The position numbers and the translations under genes were made by a program. Under the pieces are notes generated by a model, which was not told the DNA's origin, did no database searches, and saw only the letters and a list, made by a program, of their open reading frames with translations. This document shows positions 36,455 to 47,180 of a stretch of DNA of 64,000 nucleotides, piece after piece. The stretch is from IMG/VR virus record IMGVR_UViG_3300032047_003368. One strand, written 5' to 3'. This DNA comes from an uncultured virus (IMG/VR IMGVR_UViG_3300032047_003368) (Duplodnaviria; Heunggongvirae; Uroviricota; Caudoviricetes). The stretch's first letter is position 1; each line of letters opens with the position of its first letter.

Positions 36455-38119
36455 TTACTCTTCATTAAAAATACCACGAACTTCGGAACGGATTCCATAG
36501 TATCCATCGTTTGCAATTAGTTTTTTGCGATACAAATTGTGGTGGCATTTTAATTTATTGATACGATTCATTTCTGTCCAACCCATTTTTTTATGAGCAT
36601 TAATTGTATTTGCCATACTTAGTTCTTTTCCACCTTCATTGGTGATTGCACGATTAAAATCTGCATCGGTTGGGTTTACATATTTGCATCCGATTGCTTC
36701 TGCTCGTTTAATAATATCCCAATCTTGATAACCCATTGGAAGTAGTGACTGATCATATCCACCAATTTCGTCAAATTTATTTTTTGTAATTGCAATTCTT
36801 CCGAAGTTTCCGTTTTTCGGATTCCAATCAAATTGGTGGACTATACAATTGTATTCATTTTCTTCGAAATGATTGATAACGAAATTTCCTCCACGAAAAC
36901 CCGTGAAGTTATCACAATCTAACGTTACTACGATACGGCCGTGTGCTTGGTGAGCTGCGGTGTTTTTGCCGATGCTGGCGTGCCAAGTATCAATAACATC
37001 TGTTTCAAAACAACGAAGATATCCTGACTTGGTGTATTTATCTAAATTTTGTTCTTGTAACCACTCACGAAATCCGTCTTTACTGCTTACATCCATTAAC
37101 ACAAATTCAACATCTTCTCGGTCTTCCCAATTATCTTCCAAGTTTTTAATTAATGTTTTTTCAATTTGATGTTTGCGATTCATTAATGCCATAACGAATG
37201 TAAGTTTCTTTTTACCAATCTCAATGTTAGGAATACCAGGAGTTGGTTCAATAAAATAATCATAATTTTCAACTGGATCATAAACTCCGTTTCCGTCTGT
37301 ATCAATTTTTTTCATAAAGTCCGGCAAATCTTTACGAACTCGTTCATACAACTTTATAGAAACTTCAGGATCGTTTTTCTTTTCAGCATACAAATGAGTG
37401 TATTTAATATCCGAGTCTCTTAATACAAAAGGTTCTTGATTCGTGGTATCAAACTTTGCCCCGAGATACCAAGAGTCGTATATTCTGTGTGTATTTGTAA
37501 ATGCTCGTTTTGACGAATCCTTCTGAAAGCATTTCAAATTTTCATTGTTGTCTACAAGACGCATCACTTCAAGTGCATGATCGTTTATGAACTTTACATC
37601 AGTTCCTCCGTAAATTCCCTTTGCTGGAATTTTAAATTTACCTTTATTTGCGTAACGATACCAACGAGGACGAGTTGCCAAATCATTTGCTTTCATTCTG
37701 TCAATTTCATCTAAATATTCCTGTGGTGTTTCGTGCATATCTTCTACAATCAACGGTGCATCTAGTAGTTTTGAAGTTTTTGGAATTTCCCACAAATAAA
37801 AATCGTTTTCAAGATGAACAAATGGTTCTTTCATTTTTTCACACGCAATAACTTTTGACATGGTATAAAAGTAAGAAGGAATTTGTTTTTCATTGAGTTC
37901 TTCCACATCATCATACACTTCATCAAATTTTATGATATTGCATATTTGAGCAAGTGCTTCGTGATCTCCATAAAAAACTATTTTATCAAAAAACTTTCGT
38001 GATTGCTCTACACTCAATCTAAGTGAAACGAGTAAATCGTTTCTGCGTTCAAAATTACTATAGACATCTTTGTCTGCAAAAGGTTTTGCCCAATAGGAAT
38101 AAACTGCGGTTTTAATCAT
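36455..38119 (-). CDS. Two-domain protein: degenerate GT-A-like N domain + GT2/GT7-like C domain
   Basis: EPFVHLEND; MNRKHQ..TL..NL, KN.A, LDCDN, GGYDQ....GYQD. Confidence 0.78.
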   Translation of the reverse strand: MIKTAVYSYWAKPFADKDVYSNFERRNDLLVSLRLSVEQSRKFFDKIVFYGDHEALAQICNIIKFDEVYDDVEELNEKQIPSYFYTMSKVIACEKMKEPFVHLENDFYLWEIPKTSKLLDAPLIVEDMHETPQEYLDEIDRMKANDLATRPRWYRYANKGKFKIPAKGIYGGTDVKFINDHALEVMRLVDNNENLKCFQKDSSKRAFTNTHRIYDSWYLGAKFDTTNQEPFVLRDSDIKYTHLYAEKKNDPEVSIKLYERVRKDLPDFMKKIDTDGNGVYDPVENYDYFIEPTPGIPNIEIGKKKLTFVMALMNRKHQIEKTLIKNLEDNWEDREDVEFVLMDVSSKDGFREWLQEQNLDKYTKSGYLRCFETDVIDTWHASIGKNTAAHQAHGRIVVTLDCDNFTGFRGGNFVINHFEENEYNCIVHQFDWNPKNGNFGRIAITKNKFDEIGGYDQSLLPMGYQDWDIIKRAEAIGCKYVNPTDADFNRAITNEGGKELSMANTINAHKKMGWTEMNRINKLKCHHNLYRKKLIANDGYYGIRSEVRGIFNEE

Positions 38120-38133
38120 CTCAAATATAAGTA

Positions 38134-38811
38134 TTATTTACTGAGATTTTTTAAATTGCGTATGCCAATATAGTGTTTTCTAAAATGACCCTGAAACCCA
38201 CTTGTATCCGTGCAACTAATGGGAAGAGTCAACCAATGTTCTTTAAAACTTCGTATTGGTTTGGTCGGTTTAAACGAAAGCATAAACTCGGTGTCATCAT
38301 TTTTTCCTGTTTTTGAGTTCTCGACATATTTGCGTTTGTTGGACGAATGCCACATTTGAAAATATCCGATTGCTCCCAAGTTTCCTATTTTCATTTTGTT
38401 GGTGGTTTGGGTTTTTTTATTAGTAATTTTTTTATGAAAATATGTAGATAACACCTTATTGTGAGTTTGCCTCGGCATTCCATATAATGCCGATTTGTTA
38501 TCGCAGTATTTTTGTGCAATTTGTTTAAAGTTGCTTGGAAGTTTAACATCCGCATCCAAATGAACTAGCCAATCAGCTTTGTCGCAAATTTTCAATGCAT
38601 CATTAATTGCTCTACCTTTTGCAAATTGTGCTTTATCAAACACTCGGTTGCTACATATGTATTCAATATTATGTTTTTTGCATAACTGAATTGTATCATG
38701 ATCAGTTTCGTGAGTTGCAATTACCCAACGATCAAATAAATATTTATTTGAAATGCACTTTTCAAGTTGCTTTGAAAAATCAATACAAACGGTTACTGCT
38801 TCTAGTTTCAT
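38134..38811 (-). CDS. GT-A fold glycosyltransferase-like
   Basis: FAKGRAIN, HLDAD, GYFQMW. Confidence 0.75.
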   Translation of the reverse strand: MKLEAVTVCIDFSKQLEKCISNKYLFDRWVIATHETDHDTIQLCKKHNIEYICSNRVFDKAQFAKGRAINDALKICDKADWLVHLDADVKLPSNFKQIAQKYCDNKSALYGMPRQTHNKVLSTYFHKKITNKKTQTTNKMKIGNLGAIGYFQMWHSSNKRKYVENSKTGKNDDTEFMLSFKPTKPIRSFKEHWLTLPISCTDTSGFQGHFRKHYIGIRNLKNLSK

Positions 38812-39605
38812 AGATATTTAGTCATTCCCGTGTCAATTTTATCAAATTTAACTCCGTCAAATTTCCAGTATGCAGGACCACCAGAAAGTGTTGAGGGGCC
38901 ACGATAGTGATTATATCTGAAATTGGTGGGGGGTGTTCTGTGGGACCCTCCTCCAAGTATAGAAACATTTTTATGAATGCCGATTCTGCTTACATCAACA
39001 GGACTCTTAACAAATGTCTTCGTGGGCATACCCGTATCGAACCCATAGTTATACAATTCACGAACTGACTTGTTTTTTTGTCGTTGGTCAAATACACGTT
39101 GACTAAGTCTAATCGCATTTTTGTTGGTTTCGTTAAGAAAATCACCAATCGAATCATATTTTTCTGAATAAAGAAACTCATCAGGATCAAGTGTAGTCCA
39201 CCAATCCGAGTGGTTGTTTTCAATTGCGTGTCGGTATCCATTTAATTGAGTGGGCATATACCCCCCAAATTGATGGTCTGTACCAAAGTTCCAACTTGTA
39301 AGTGTTACATTATTTTTATATCTATTAACAATCTCAGTCAACTTTTCATATAGTTCTAAATCTGAGTATTCCAGGAAATATTCTGCATCTGGTTTTTTTG
39401 GCCATTTTTTTCCACGTTCATCTTGTGACAGACGTCTCAGTTGAGTTCTGTTTTTTTGCTTGCCACCACGGGATTTGCACGGTTTACTGCCGTGGTTGTA
39501 CAAATGTATTTTAGAAATTCCAATTTTTAAATTATGCTGAATCCATTCTTCCAGAAAAAACACTTCAAGTCTTGGTAGAATCATTGTAAATATTGATATG
39601 TTCAT
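38808..39605 (-). CDS. GT2/GT92-like glycosyltransferase
   Basis: FLEEWIQHN..IGI..IHLY, LDPDEF, NHY; paralog of 47181. Confidence 0.78.
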   Translation of the reverse strand: MNISIFTMILPRLEVFFLEEWIQHNLKIGISKIHLYNHGSKPCKSRGGKQKNRTQLRRLSQDERGKKWPKKPDAEYFLEYSDLELYEKLTEIVNRYKNNVTLTSWNFGTDHQFGGYMPTQLNGYRHAIENNHSDWWTTLDPDEFLYSEKYDSIGDFLNETNKNAIRLSQRVFDQRQKNKSVRELYNYGFDTGMPTKTFVKSPVDVSRIGIHKNVSILGGGSHRTPPTNFRYNHYRGPSTLSGGPAYWKFDGVKFDKIDTGMTKYL

Positions 39606-40384
39606 ATTATATATTCCTCAGTTTTTTTAATTTTATTAAATGATAAATTATTGCATACACGACATAAAAGTTTTTCATGGTTAGTGACGACCGGAAACTT
39701 ATTCAATACTTCATCAAGGTTGAATTGAAATTGTGTCACAACATATTGCAGTTCTGTAGAATTTCCCAAATATAAATTATCACATCCATTGCTCATTTGT
39801 AACTTACCATAATATCTGCCTGATTTATATCCTGTACCAAATAATATTTTTGCGTTCCATGCGTTATGTTTTACAAATGCATCAAGACATCCAATCGTTT
39901 TTTGAATAACTTCGTTTGGACTAATATAATACATAGGTTTCCAGGCATTATCACGATCCAGTTCGTTTATGTCAAATCGGGTATTTATAATTATATCATA
40001 TCCATTGACATCGATTAAGTTGACACCACGATAAATTCCGTACCACATTTTTTTCCAGTTTTTAAGAGATGCGTTGCCAACTTTACCAAAATCACGGCCT
40101 AACAATTGTATGTCAGATTCTCTTATAATTAAACTTTCAACCAAATTGGCAGTGCAAGATGAAAAGTATTTTGTGAGACACTTCTGATAAACGGTCGTCA
40201 TTAACTTTTCTTTTTTCTTTTTGTTGGAGTGCCAAGAGGGTGACTCGGTTGCGTCTGATGTGTCCCATGTTGATAGATATAAATCTACGTCATATTTTTC
40301 CGAAATTGCATTGATATAAGTGTTCAACTTTTGGTTATCAAGTGTTTTTCTAATATGGCCACGAATTAGCATTGCAATTTTCAT
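39602..40384 (-). CDS. Hypothetical protein typical of glycan loci
   Basis: KIAMLIRGHIR, STW, YDIIINTRFD. Confidence 0.65.
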   Translation of the reverse strand: MKIAMLIRGHIRKTLDNQKLNTYINAISEKYDVDLYLSTWDTSDATESPSWHSNKKKKEKLMTTVYQKCLTKYFSSCTANLVESLIIRESDIQLLGRDFGKVGNASLKNWKKMWYGIYRGVNLIDVNGYDIIINTRFDINELDRDNAWKPMYYISPNEVIQKTIGCLDAFVKHNAWNAKILFGTGYKSGRYYGKLQMSNGCDNLYLGNSTELQYVVTQFQFNLDEVLNKFPVVTNHEKLLCRVCNNLSFNKIKKTEEYII

Positions 40385-41010
40385 ACACCACCTCCAAATT
40401 CATATTCAAAATACTCAATGTCCTTTTTGAATTTTTTTGCAACGATTTGCTTTGTTTCGTCATCGTAGTATTCACTATAGTGTTTGGGTGTTGATTTGTT
40501 TTTGTGTGGAAGTTTTTTTCGTGGAATTCCTATTTTGTCGCAGACGGTGTCGTAGTCTTGTTGAAGATTTTCAAATTTGCCGATAAAATCCACAAGTTGC
40601 TCTCCACTCTTATTGTAAATCCAACTGTAACACATGAAGTTGAAGGGTCGGATGTTCCTTATATAGTTATCAAAGCTTTTATGCTTATTAATAAATTTTA
40701 TTGAGTTTTTACCAAAAGTTTCCCATTCTGCATTCGGTTTACCTGCTATTCGTAGTCGATACTGCCACTGAGACACCAATCTGCTCCACGGATTTCTTAC
40801 AAAAGCAAACTTGAAGTATTCATCCCAATTCCAATTTTTATCTTCAAAATATTTTTTCAACTTTTCAGGTTTTACATGGTAATACAAATTAGAACCAGGA
40901 CTACCGTTTGATTGTACATCAGAAACTGAATTTAGTGATCGTCTGACTGATGAACTTGCAGTTTTTGGTGGTGCAATGAATACGAACTTATGCGTGTGTG
41001 ATATTCTCAT
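40381..41010 (-). CDS. Sulfotransferase (Sulfotransfer_2-like)
   Basis: PKTASSS, FVRNPWSRLVS, DFIGKFENL. Confidence 0.9.
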   Translation of the reverse strand: MRISHTHKFVFIAPPKTASSSVRRSLNSVSDVQSNGSPGSNLYYHVKPEKLKKYFEDKNWNWDEYFKFAFVRNPWSRLVSQWQYRLRIAGKPNAEWETFGKNSIKFINKHKSFDNYIRNIRPFNFMCYSWIYNKSGEQLVDFIGKFENLQQDYDTVCDKIGIPRKKLPHKNKSTPKHYSEYYDDETKQIVAKKFKKDIEYFEYEFGGGV

Positions 41011-42325
41011 AATGAATTCCAGAATTTTCTTTAAGTTCGTGGTTTTTACCCGAGTAAATCTCGTTTAGTAATTCATAGGAATCTTGATCAATTTGTGATT
41101 CATACTTCCTCTTATGAGAAAATCCATACTTTCTTTTTATGTATTTTACACTCAAAAACTCGTATATTGTAGAATAGGTTTTATCAGGATAAGCAAGCAA
41201 GTCTTCTTGCTTCAACAAAAGAACTTGCTCAGATGGATAATAATCATATATTTTTTTAAGTATGTCCCAATAAAAACCCACTTTCACCATTCCATGTTTA
41301 AAATTGTGTTTTTGCTCTTCCAAAATATTTTCGTAAAATGACCCCCCGGGAAGCAACCAACCTTTATGTTTTTTTGATTTTTCAAAGTTTTGCATATAAT
41401 GATTGTAAGAAGAATATGCTCTTGCTATTGGATGTCTGACAGCAATAATCAATTTTGCATCAGGTAAAGTTTCATACATTCTATTGAGTATTTTTTGTTT
41501 AAAATCGTATAAATAATTTACACTTGCTTCTCCCCACTTTTCACCTGTATCATTGAAATGTGATTTATACCAATCAATTCCCTTGTCGTAATTATAGTTA
41601 AAATAATTCATTTCTTTTACACCACTTGTATTTAGTTGTGGGTGCTTTTTTAAATTTGACCAAAGTGCGGAAGTTCCACATTTTTGAAATCCAGGAATCA
41701 AAAAGTGTGGTAAAGTTTTATTTTCGGCTTTTCTAATTATCCGAGGTGCTTCTATTATTTTCGGAAAGTTAAAATACTTGATATCCGTTTTGTGATGCTC
41801 CTTGCATTTCTTTGCCACAACATCAGAATAATAATCTTGATAGTCAAATTGATTATATTGTTTCGGAAGATTTAGTTTTACTTTTTTAAGTTTTAATTTG
41901 TCACACACAAAATTAAAACCTGTTTGAATTTTTTCATAATGAATCAGTCCATCAAGCAAAAACTCTCCGTTGGATGAATGCGTCCACCAATGTTGTTGGT
42001 TTACCCAATTTAGTTGATATTGTATTCTTTCGTCAAATTGTATACGTTCATCTTTTGGTTTGCAATTCTGAAGACTTTCATGTCGATAAACTATTCTATC
42101 AAGTGGATTTCTTACTACCGCAAACTTATAGTACTCATCCCAGTTCCAACCTTTCTTGGCAAACAAATCTTTTAACTGCTCTACCTTTACATGACAATAA
42201 AACTCAGAATTCATATTTTCGTCACCAAAAATTTGGGAATACTTGTCAAATTCACGCATCATAAAATCACATCCCACAAACGGAACATTTACGTAAACAA
42301 ACTTATGTGTATGTGATATTCTCAT
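40988..42325 (-). CDS. Tandem sulfotransferase: degenerate Sulfotransfer_2 + Sulfotransfer_1 (HS 3-O-ST-like) domain
   Basis: VRNPLDRIV; LPHFLIPGFQKCGTSAL, KEMNYF, GEASVNY, RHPIARAYS. Confidence 0.88.
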   Translation of the reverse strand: MRISHTHKFVYVNVPFVGCDFMMREFDKYSQIFGDENMNSEFYCHVKVEQLKDLFAKKGWNWDEYYKFAVVRNPLDRIVYRHESLQNCKPKDERIQFDERIQYQLNWVNQQHWWTHSSNGEFLLDGLIHYEKIQTGFNFVCDKLKLKKVKLNLPKQYNQFDYQDYYSDVVAKKCKEHHKTDIKYFNFPKIIEAPRIIRKAENKTLPHFLIPGFQKCGTSALWSNLKKHPQLNTSGVKEMNYFNYNYDKGIDWYKSHFNDTGEKWGEASVNYLYDFKQKILNRMYETLPDAKLIIAVRHPIARAYSSYNHYMQNFEKSKKHKGWLLPGGSFYENILEEQKHNFKHGMVKVGFYWDILKKIYDYYPSEQVLLLKQEDLLAYPDKTYSTIYEFLSVKYIKRKYGFSHKRKYESQIDQDSYELLNEIYSGKNHELKENSGIHYENITHA

Positions 42326-42948
42326 TCTCCAAATTTGTATCCGAAATACTCAATGTCTTTTGCGTATTTTTCCGCAACGATTTGTTTCGTCTCATCGTTG
42401 TAATATTCCGTGTAGTGTTTGTGTTTTGTTTTGTTTAGATGTGGCAACTGGATTGAATTTGGTAATCCAAGTTGACTGCACATTTTTCTAAAATCTTTTT
42501 CAAGATTCTCAAATCGTAATATGTTTTCTACTACGATATCTCCGTTTAAAGATAACCAATCATAGCATGGAAGTTTCCACCTTTCTTTGTTATCTTTATT
42601 GTATTTGACTTCTTCACTAAATGTTAATTCTTTTGATACAAAGTTTTCTTTTTTGCAATAAAAGAAATCAGATACTACACGATCCCAGGGGTTTCTTACT
42701 ATACTGAACTTGTTATATACGTTCCAATAGTTTTTTATGTTTTCTAATGAATCCCAATTATATGTAGTTCTTCGTTTTCCGTTCGTCCAAGCTTTCCACA
42801 AATCGTATTGTTCATCATTTTTTAACTTGTCAGAAAAAATTAATTCGGCCGACAGATGAACTTGCATCATATTCAACGCACGAATTATGCTACTGCCACC
42901 GGTTTTATTGATATGAATAAATAATATTTTTAAATCATGTCTTAGCAT
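42322..42948 (-). CDS. Sulfotransferase (Sulfotransfer_2-like)
   Basis: HINKTGGSSI, VRNPWDRVVS, RFENL. Confidence 0.9.
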   Translation of the reverse strand: MLRHDLKILFIHINKTGGSSIIRALNMMQVHLSAELIFSDKLKNDEQYDLWKAWTNGKRRTTYNWDSLENIKNYWNVYNKFSIVRNPWDRVVSDFFYCKKENFVSKELTFSEEVKYNKDNKERWKLPCYDWLSLNGDIVVENILRFENLEKDFRKMCSQLGLPNSIQLPHLNKTKHKHYTEYYNDETKQIVAEKYAKDIEYFGYKFGE

Positions 42949-44149
42949 TTTGTTTCTCCTCCTGTAGTTTGGTCAAGTATGAATGCGAAGAAACTGCTTC
43001 AGTTGTATTTAAAAAATTATATAGTTTTCTGTATTTTCCGGAATTCAGCTGATTAAAGTATATTTCATCCTGTATTTTTGATAATTTTCTTTTTTCACCA
43101 GTTATGTTTTCGTAATTTTTAAGTTCATCCGATTCGTGAAAATAAATTATTTCATGTATAGAAGAGTCGGTGTTCCAGGGAACATTCCACTTCCAACCGG
43201 TTTCTTCATTTCTAGGCCACACCAATATTAATTTGAGTTTATTTTTTTTAGCAAACTTTCTAGCCAATTTAAAAGCATTCATTCGTTTCTGCAAGTCTCC
43301 AAATCCACCTGCAATTATACCGTCTTCAAACGCAATAGTTGACTTCAAAAAGTTGTCTCTTCCAATTCCTGCTTCTTTTGTTTCGGTTTCCCAGTGTTCG
43401 CATAAAATATTACTATCAATAAAAATTTCTTTGTTGCACTTTGTTCTAATTTGTTGACATAGTTCACCGTCCGGACCCAAGATCAACCCGTTGCCTCTTA
43501 GAATTGTTCGCATAGGTAAGCACTTTTTAACATCCTCCAAGTTATACATGGTACATCCTGTGCCCAAAAAACCACCTTCTATATATCCACGATCCCAGCA
43601 ATCATCTATCATGGCAGGATACCAATGTTCTTTTTTTATACTTGCAACCACGGTTCTTTTTAACTGTGATTTTGTGCGCCACGGGTTTCCAGTTTCCCAT
43701 CCAGAATTATTAAAATAAAGACCACCGATTGCACCTATATTATCGTTGTGTTTGATTTTATTGTACATAGAACCAAATGCAGACTCAGGTGGCATCACAT
43801 CATCATCTATTGTATAAACAAATTTGGCCGAGCAAAGTTTGAAGCCGATAGAGAATGATGCACCTGTGCTTCGATGCTTGCCGAGGTTTACCTCAGGATC
43901 TCTCCAGTCTAATCCAGTGGGTGGTTGAAATTTTCCAGGACCATTTACTATAATGTAATCAAAGTTTGAACTAAAATTTTTCTTTTTGATTTCACTTTTA
44001 AGCAACGAAGCAAATTTATCACCTGCGTTATTTACGATAACCCACCTACTCAAACTTGGTTTATATGACAATTGTTCTATGTAACTTAACCATCTATCTA
44101 GGCAATATTTTTTCCCACATACCACCGTAAGCAACTCTATATCTCCCAT
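42935..44149 (-). CDS. GT2-like glycosyltransferase
   Basis: IVNN, IDDDV, GTGCTM, CEH. Confidence 0.75.
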   Translation of the reverse strand: MGDIELLTVVCGKKYCLDRWLSYIEQLSYKPSLSRWVIVNNAGDKFASLLKSEIKKKNFSSNFDYIIVNGPGKFQPPTGLDWRDPEVNLGKHRSTGASFSIGFKLCSAKFVYTIDDDVMPPESAFGSMYNKIKHNDNIGAIGGLYFNNSGWETGNPWRTKSQLKRTVVASIKKEHWYPAMIDDCWDRGYIEGGFLGTGCTMYNLEDVKKCLPMRTILRGNGLILGPDGELCQQIRTKCNKEIFIDSNILCEHWETETKEAGIGRDNFLKSTIAFEDGIIAGGFGDLQKRMNAFKLARKFAKKNKLKLILVWPRNEETGWKWNVPWNTDSSIHEIIYFHESDELKNYENITGEKRKLSKIQDEIYFNQLNSGKYRKLYNFLNTTEAVSSHSYLTKLQEEKQNAKT

Positions 44150-44171
44150 ATCAATAAATATACAATCAGTT

Positions 44172-45302
44172 TTAAATTATATTATATAAATTGACCACGA
44201 CATATTCAGAATATTCGTGCATCTCAGTATTTTTATCTATATAGTTATATTTGGATCGCAATCTCCATGTACCAACTATTCTATTTTCTTTTGTTCTTTG
44301 TTCAGGTGTTTTTGGATAAAGTTTGTTATCTTTAGTGACACTTGCAATATTATTATACGAATGCTTTCTTCTAAATTGTGTGGTATGTACGTGTATACAA
44401 TCAATATACTCACTTGGATTTCTAAGTTGAATTCCATTTAAATGTGCGGATTCCATCAAAAAATGCTCACAATGATATGTTCCAATAACAATGTTATCGT
44501 TTATTTTCGTCATATTTGAATTAAAAATCCAAGCATCCGTAGAATTGTAATCAAGTAACTTCCATATATCCGTTTCATTTTTATCGACTGAATTATAATT
44601 GTAAGAATCACTCCACAAAGGTGGATTTTTTGCTCTAACAATTTTTCCGTTTTTAAGACGGTCTTTTCTAGTTAGACATATCATTCGGTTTCCATTCATA
44701 AAATCTATTTTTTTTATCAAATCAATTGTTTTGTTAAAATAGCAATCAGAGTTTACAAGAATGAAAATAGAATTTTCATAATTAGATGTAAACTTAAATA
44801 CATCTGCATACCGAGTTCTTCGTTTCATCAAGATAAATTCTACTTTTTTGCTTAACTCGGGACTGAAGATATCTTGTTTTAATTCTTTTTCAGTTCGAGT
44901 GCTACGATTTGTTTCAAGAAAAACACATACTTTATCTATAAATTTATTTTTTATATTTTTTTTTATTGCGAAAATTAATTCTTTGCGTCTTTCAATTATT
45001 GGTTCATCATAATACGGAATAATTAAGTTAATTTTTTCAAACTTGTTTGCCACACAGCCTGAGTCAAAGTCTGTCACACTCACCGGTGTTATTGTAGAGT
45101 TTACTATTTGCAGTTTTTCTTGATATTCTTTTAATAAACCAAACAACTTTGCTTTTTGGTTATTTACCTCTGTATAATCAATTGCCGAAGAATATGTGTC
45201 TAATGCTTCACGAATTAGAATTATTTTTTGTTTTGTTTTTTCTATCAAATTATAATAGTTGATGCGTTTTTTCAAAATACTAAATCTCCGTTCTACTTCC
45301 AA
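44172..45302 (-). CDS. GT-like hypothetical protein with N-terminal coiled coil
   Basis: RRKEL..AI.KN, NSDCYF, DAWIF, NPS....HVH. Confidence 0.65.
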   Translation of the reverse strand: MEVERRFSILKKRINYYNLIEKTKQKIILIREALDTYSSAIDYTEVNNQKAKLFGLLKEYQEKLQIVNSTITPVSVTDFDSGCVANKFEKINLIIPYYDEPIIERRKELIFAIKKNIKNKFIDKVCVFLETNRSTRTEKELKQDIFSPELSKKVEFILMKRRTRYADVFKFTSNYENSIFILVNSDCYFNKTIDLIKKIDFMNGNRMICLTRKDRLKNGKIVRAKNPPLWSDSYNYNSVDKNETDIWKLLDYNSTDAWIFNSNMTKINDNIVIGTYHCEHFLMESAHLNGIQLRNPSEYIDCIHVHTTQFRRKHSYNNIASVTKDNKLYPKTPEQRTKENRIVGTWRLRSKYNYIDKNTEMHEYSEYVVVNLYNII

Positions 45303-45308
45303 GTTTCT

Positions 45309-46283
45309 TTATGAATGCAATATACACCACTTCAAAGTTTCACGAAGTTTTCCTTCAAAATCCGGTGTGGGATTCCAATTTAATTCATTGTGGATTTTGC
45401 TGAAATCAACTGCATAACGGAAATCGTGTCCTTTGCGATCTTCAACAAAAGTCAGTTGTTCTGAGTATTTTGTTTTTTTGGGTTTTAGTTCATCAAGAAT
45501 ATCACAGATTTTATTTGCAAGTTCAAGATTGTTGAGTTCTTTGTTGCCACCTATATTATAGATTTCACCAATTTTTCCGTTGTGAAATACTTCATCAATT
45601 GCAACACAATGATCCTCAACAAACAACCAATCACGGACATTGTCTCCTTTTCCGTATATAGGAATATCTTTATCAGCAAGTGCAGTACGAACAATCGTAG
45701 GAATTAATTTCTCACGATGCTGATGAGGACCATAATTGTTTGAACAACTCGTTGTAATTACATTTAGTTTATATGTTTCAGAATAAGCATTTACAAAGAA
45801 GTTACCACTTGCTTTACTTGCACTATAAGGACTATTAGGATCAAACGGTGTTGTTTCCGAAAATTTTCCAGTTGCTCCGAGTGTCCCGTAAATTTCGTCT
45901 GTGGATACATAATGAAATCTTCCTTTGCCTTTATTACGAAATGCTTCAAGAAGCACACACGTGCCTACTACGTTCGTTGTAACGAAGTCTAATGGTCTTT
46001 TGATGCTATTGTCTACGTGTGACTCGGCTGCAAGATGAATAACCGAGTCAATCTTGTGTTCGTCAAAAAGTTCGTTCACCAACTTCTCGTCACGGATGTC
46101 ACCCTTGACGAATACGTAATTCGGATTGTCCTCCAACGACTCAAGGTAACTTGCATCCGAAGCATACGTCATCAAGTCCAAGTTGACGAATTTGTAATTC
46201 GGATACTTCTTCGCAAGATGCAGAACAAGGTTTGATCCAATGAATCCGCAACCTCCTGTTATTAATATTACTCCTTCACCCAT
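45309..46283 (-). CDS. rmlB: dTDP-glucose 4,6-dehydratase
   Basis: TGGCGFIGS, HLAAESHVDNSI, STDE, PYSASKA, RDWLFVEDH. Confidence 0.96.
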   Translation of the reverse strand: MGEGVILITGGCGFIGSNLVLHLAKKYPNYKFVNLDLMTYASDASYLESLEDNPNYVFVKGDIRDEKLVNELFDEHKIDSVIHLAAESHVDNSIKRPLDFVTTNVVGTCVLLEAFRNKGKGRFHYVSTDEIYGTLGATGKFSETTPFDPNSPYSASKASGNFFVNAYSETYKLNVITTSCSNNYGPHQHREKLIPTIVRTALADKDIPIYGKGDNVRDWLFVEDHCVAIDEVFHNGKIGEIYNIGGNKELNNLELANKICDILDELKPKKTKYSEQLTFVEDRKGHDFRYAVDFSKIHNELNWNPTPDFEGKLRETLKWCILHS

Positions 46284-47152
46284 TTTTCAAATGAAGATTC
46301 AATTGCGTCCATACAATAACGCATTTTGATTCCTGTGTTTAATAATTTGCTATTGTCCATAACGCAATTTGATCTTGGTGCAGTTGCTCCTTTGCTATAA
46401 AACTCTGAATCATCTTCCCAATATTCAAATTCTTTTTTTAACTTAAATTTCTTTTTCATGCACTCAACGACTTCCTTGGTTGTTACGTATCCTCCGTTGG
46501 TTACGTTGTAGATTCCGTAATCACATTCTTTCAATGCCAAGTCAATACAAGCATTAACAAATTCTTCACGATGTGAAATTGAGTTTACTGCATTATACAC
46601 TTTGTCGTATCTCTGAATCTTGGACAGATAGTTTCTGTTTGAATCAAATTGATCAAACGGAATCCTCAGTCTGCAAGTATACACTTTTTCAAACTTGCTT
46701 AAAATTTCTTCACCAAGTGCCTTACTTCCACTATAAAAACTACAAGGAGGTTGATCGTATGAAAAGTTTGGAACATCTTCTTCAGTAAAACCTAGTTTGT
46801 TTCCATCGGTATCTTCTCCTTTGTCACCTGCATAAATGCAACCACTGCTTACGTGAACCAACGGAACATCATTAAGTTCGCATACTTGACCAAGAATCTG
46901 TGGAAGAAGCACGTTTCCGATGATTGTTCCACTTTTATTGATTTCACATTGATCAACGTTTGGTTTTCCTGTGAAACCACCTGCGTTTAATACAAACTCA
47001 GGTTTAGCATTTGCAATTACATCGTTCAAAGTTTTGAAGTCGTAGTAATTTACTTCACTTCTTGAAAGATTCTTAAACTTTACATTTCGTGAAGACAAAA
47101 TCTCCTGAAATTTAAGTCCGACATATCCCGTACCACCGATTAATAATATCAT
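46268..47152 (-). CDS. NDP-4-keto-6-deoxyglucose reductase (RmlD/UER1-like SDR)
   Basis: GGTGYVG, FTGKPNVDQCE, SSGCIY, SFYSGSKA, LRIP, PRSNC. Confidence 0.85.
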   Translation of the reverse strand: MILLIGGTGYVGLKFQEILSSRNVKFKNLSRSEVNYYDFKTLNDVIANAKPEFVLNAGGFTGKPNVDQCEINKSGTIIGNVLLPQILGQVCELNDVPLVHVSSGCIYAGDKGEDTDGNKLGFTEEDVPNFSYDQPPCSFYSGSKALGEEILSKFEKVYTCRLRIPFDQFDSNRNYLSKIQRYDKVYNAVNSISHREEFVNACIDLALKECDYGIYNVTNGGYVTTKEVVECMKKKFKLKKEFEYWEDDSEFYSKGATAPRSNCVMDNSKLLNTGIKMRYCMDAIESSFEKWVKE

Positions 47153-47180
47153 AGATATAAATATTTAGTTTTTATAAAAA

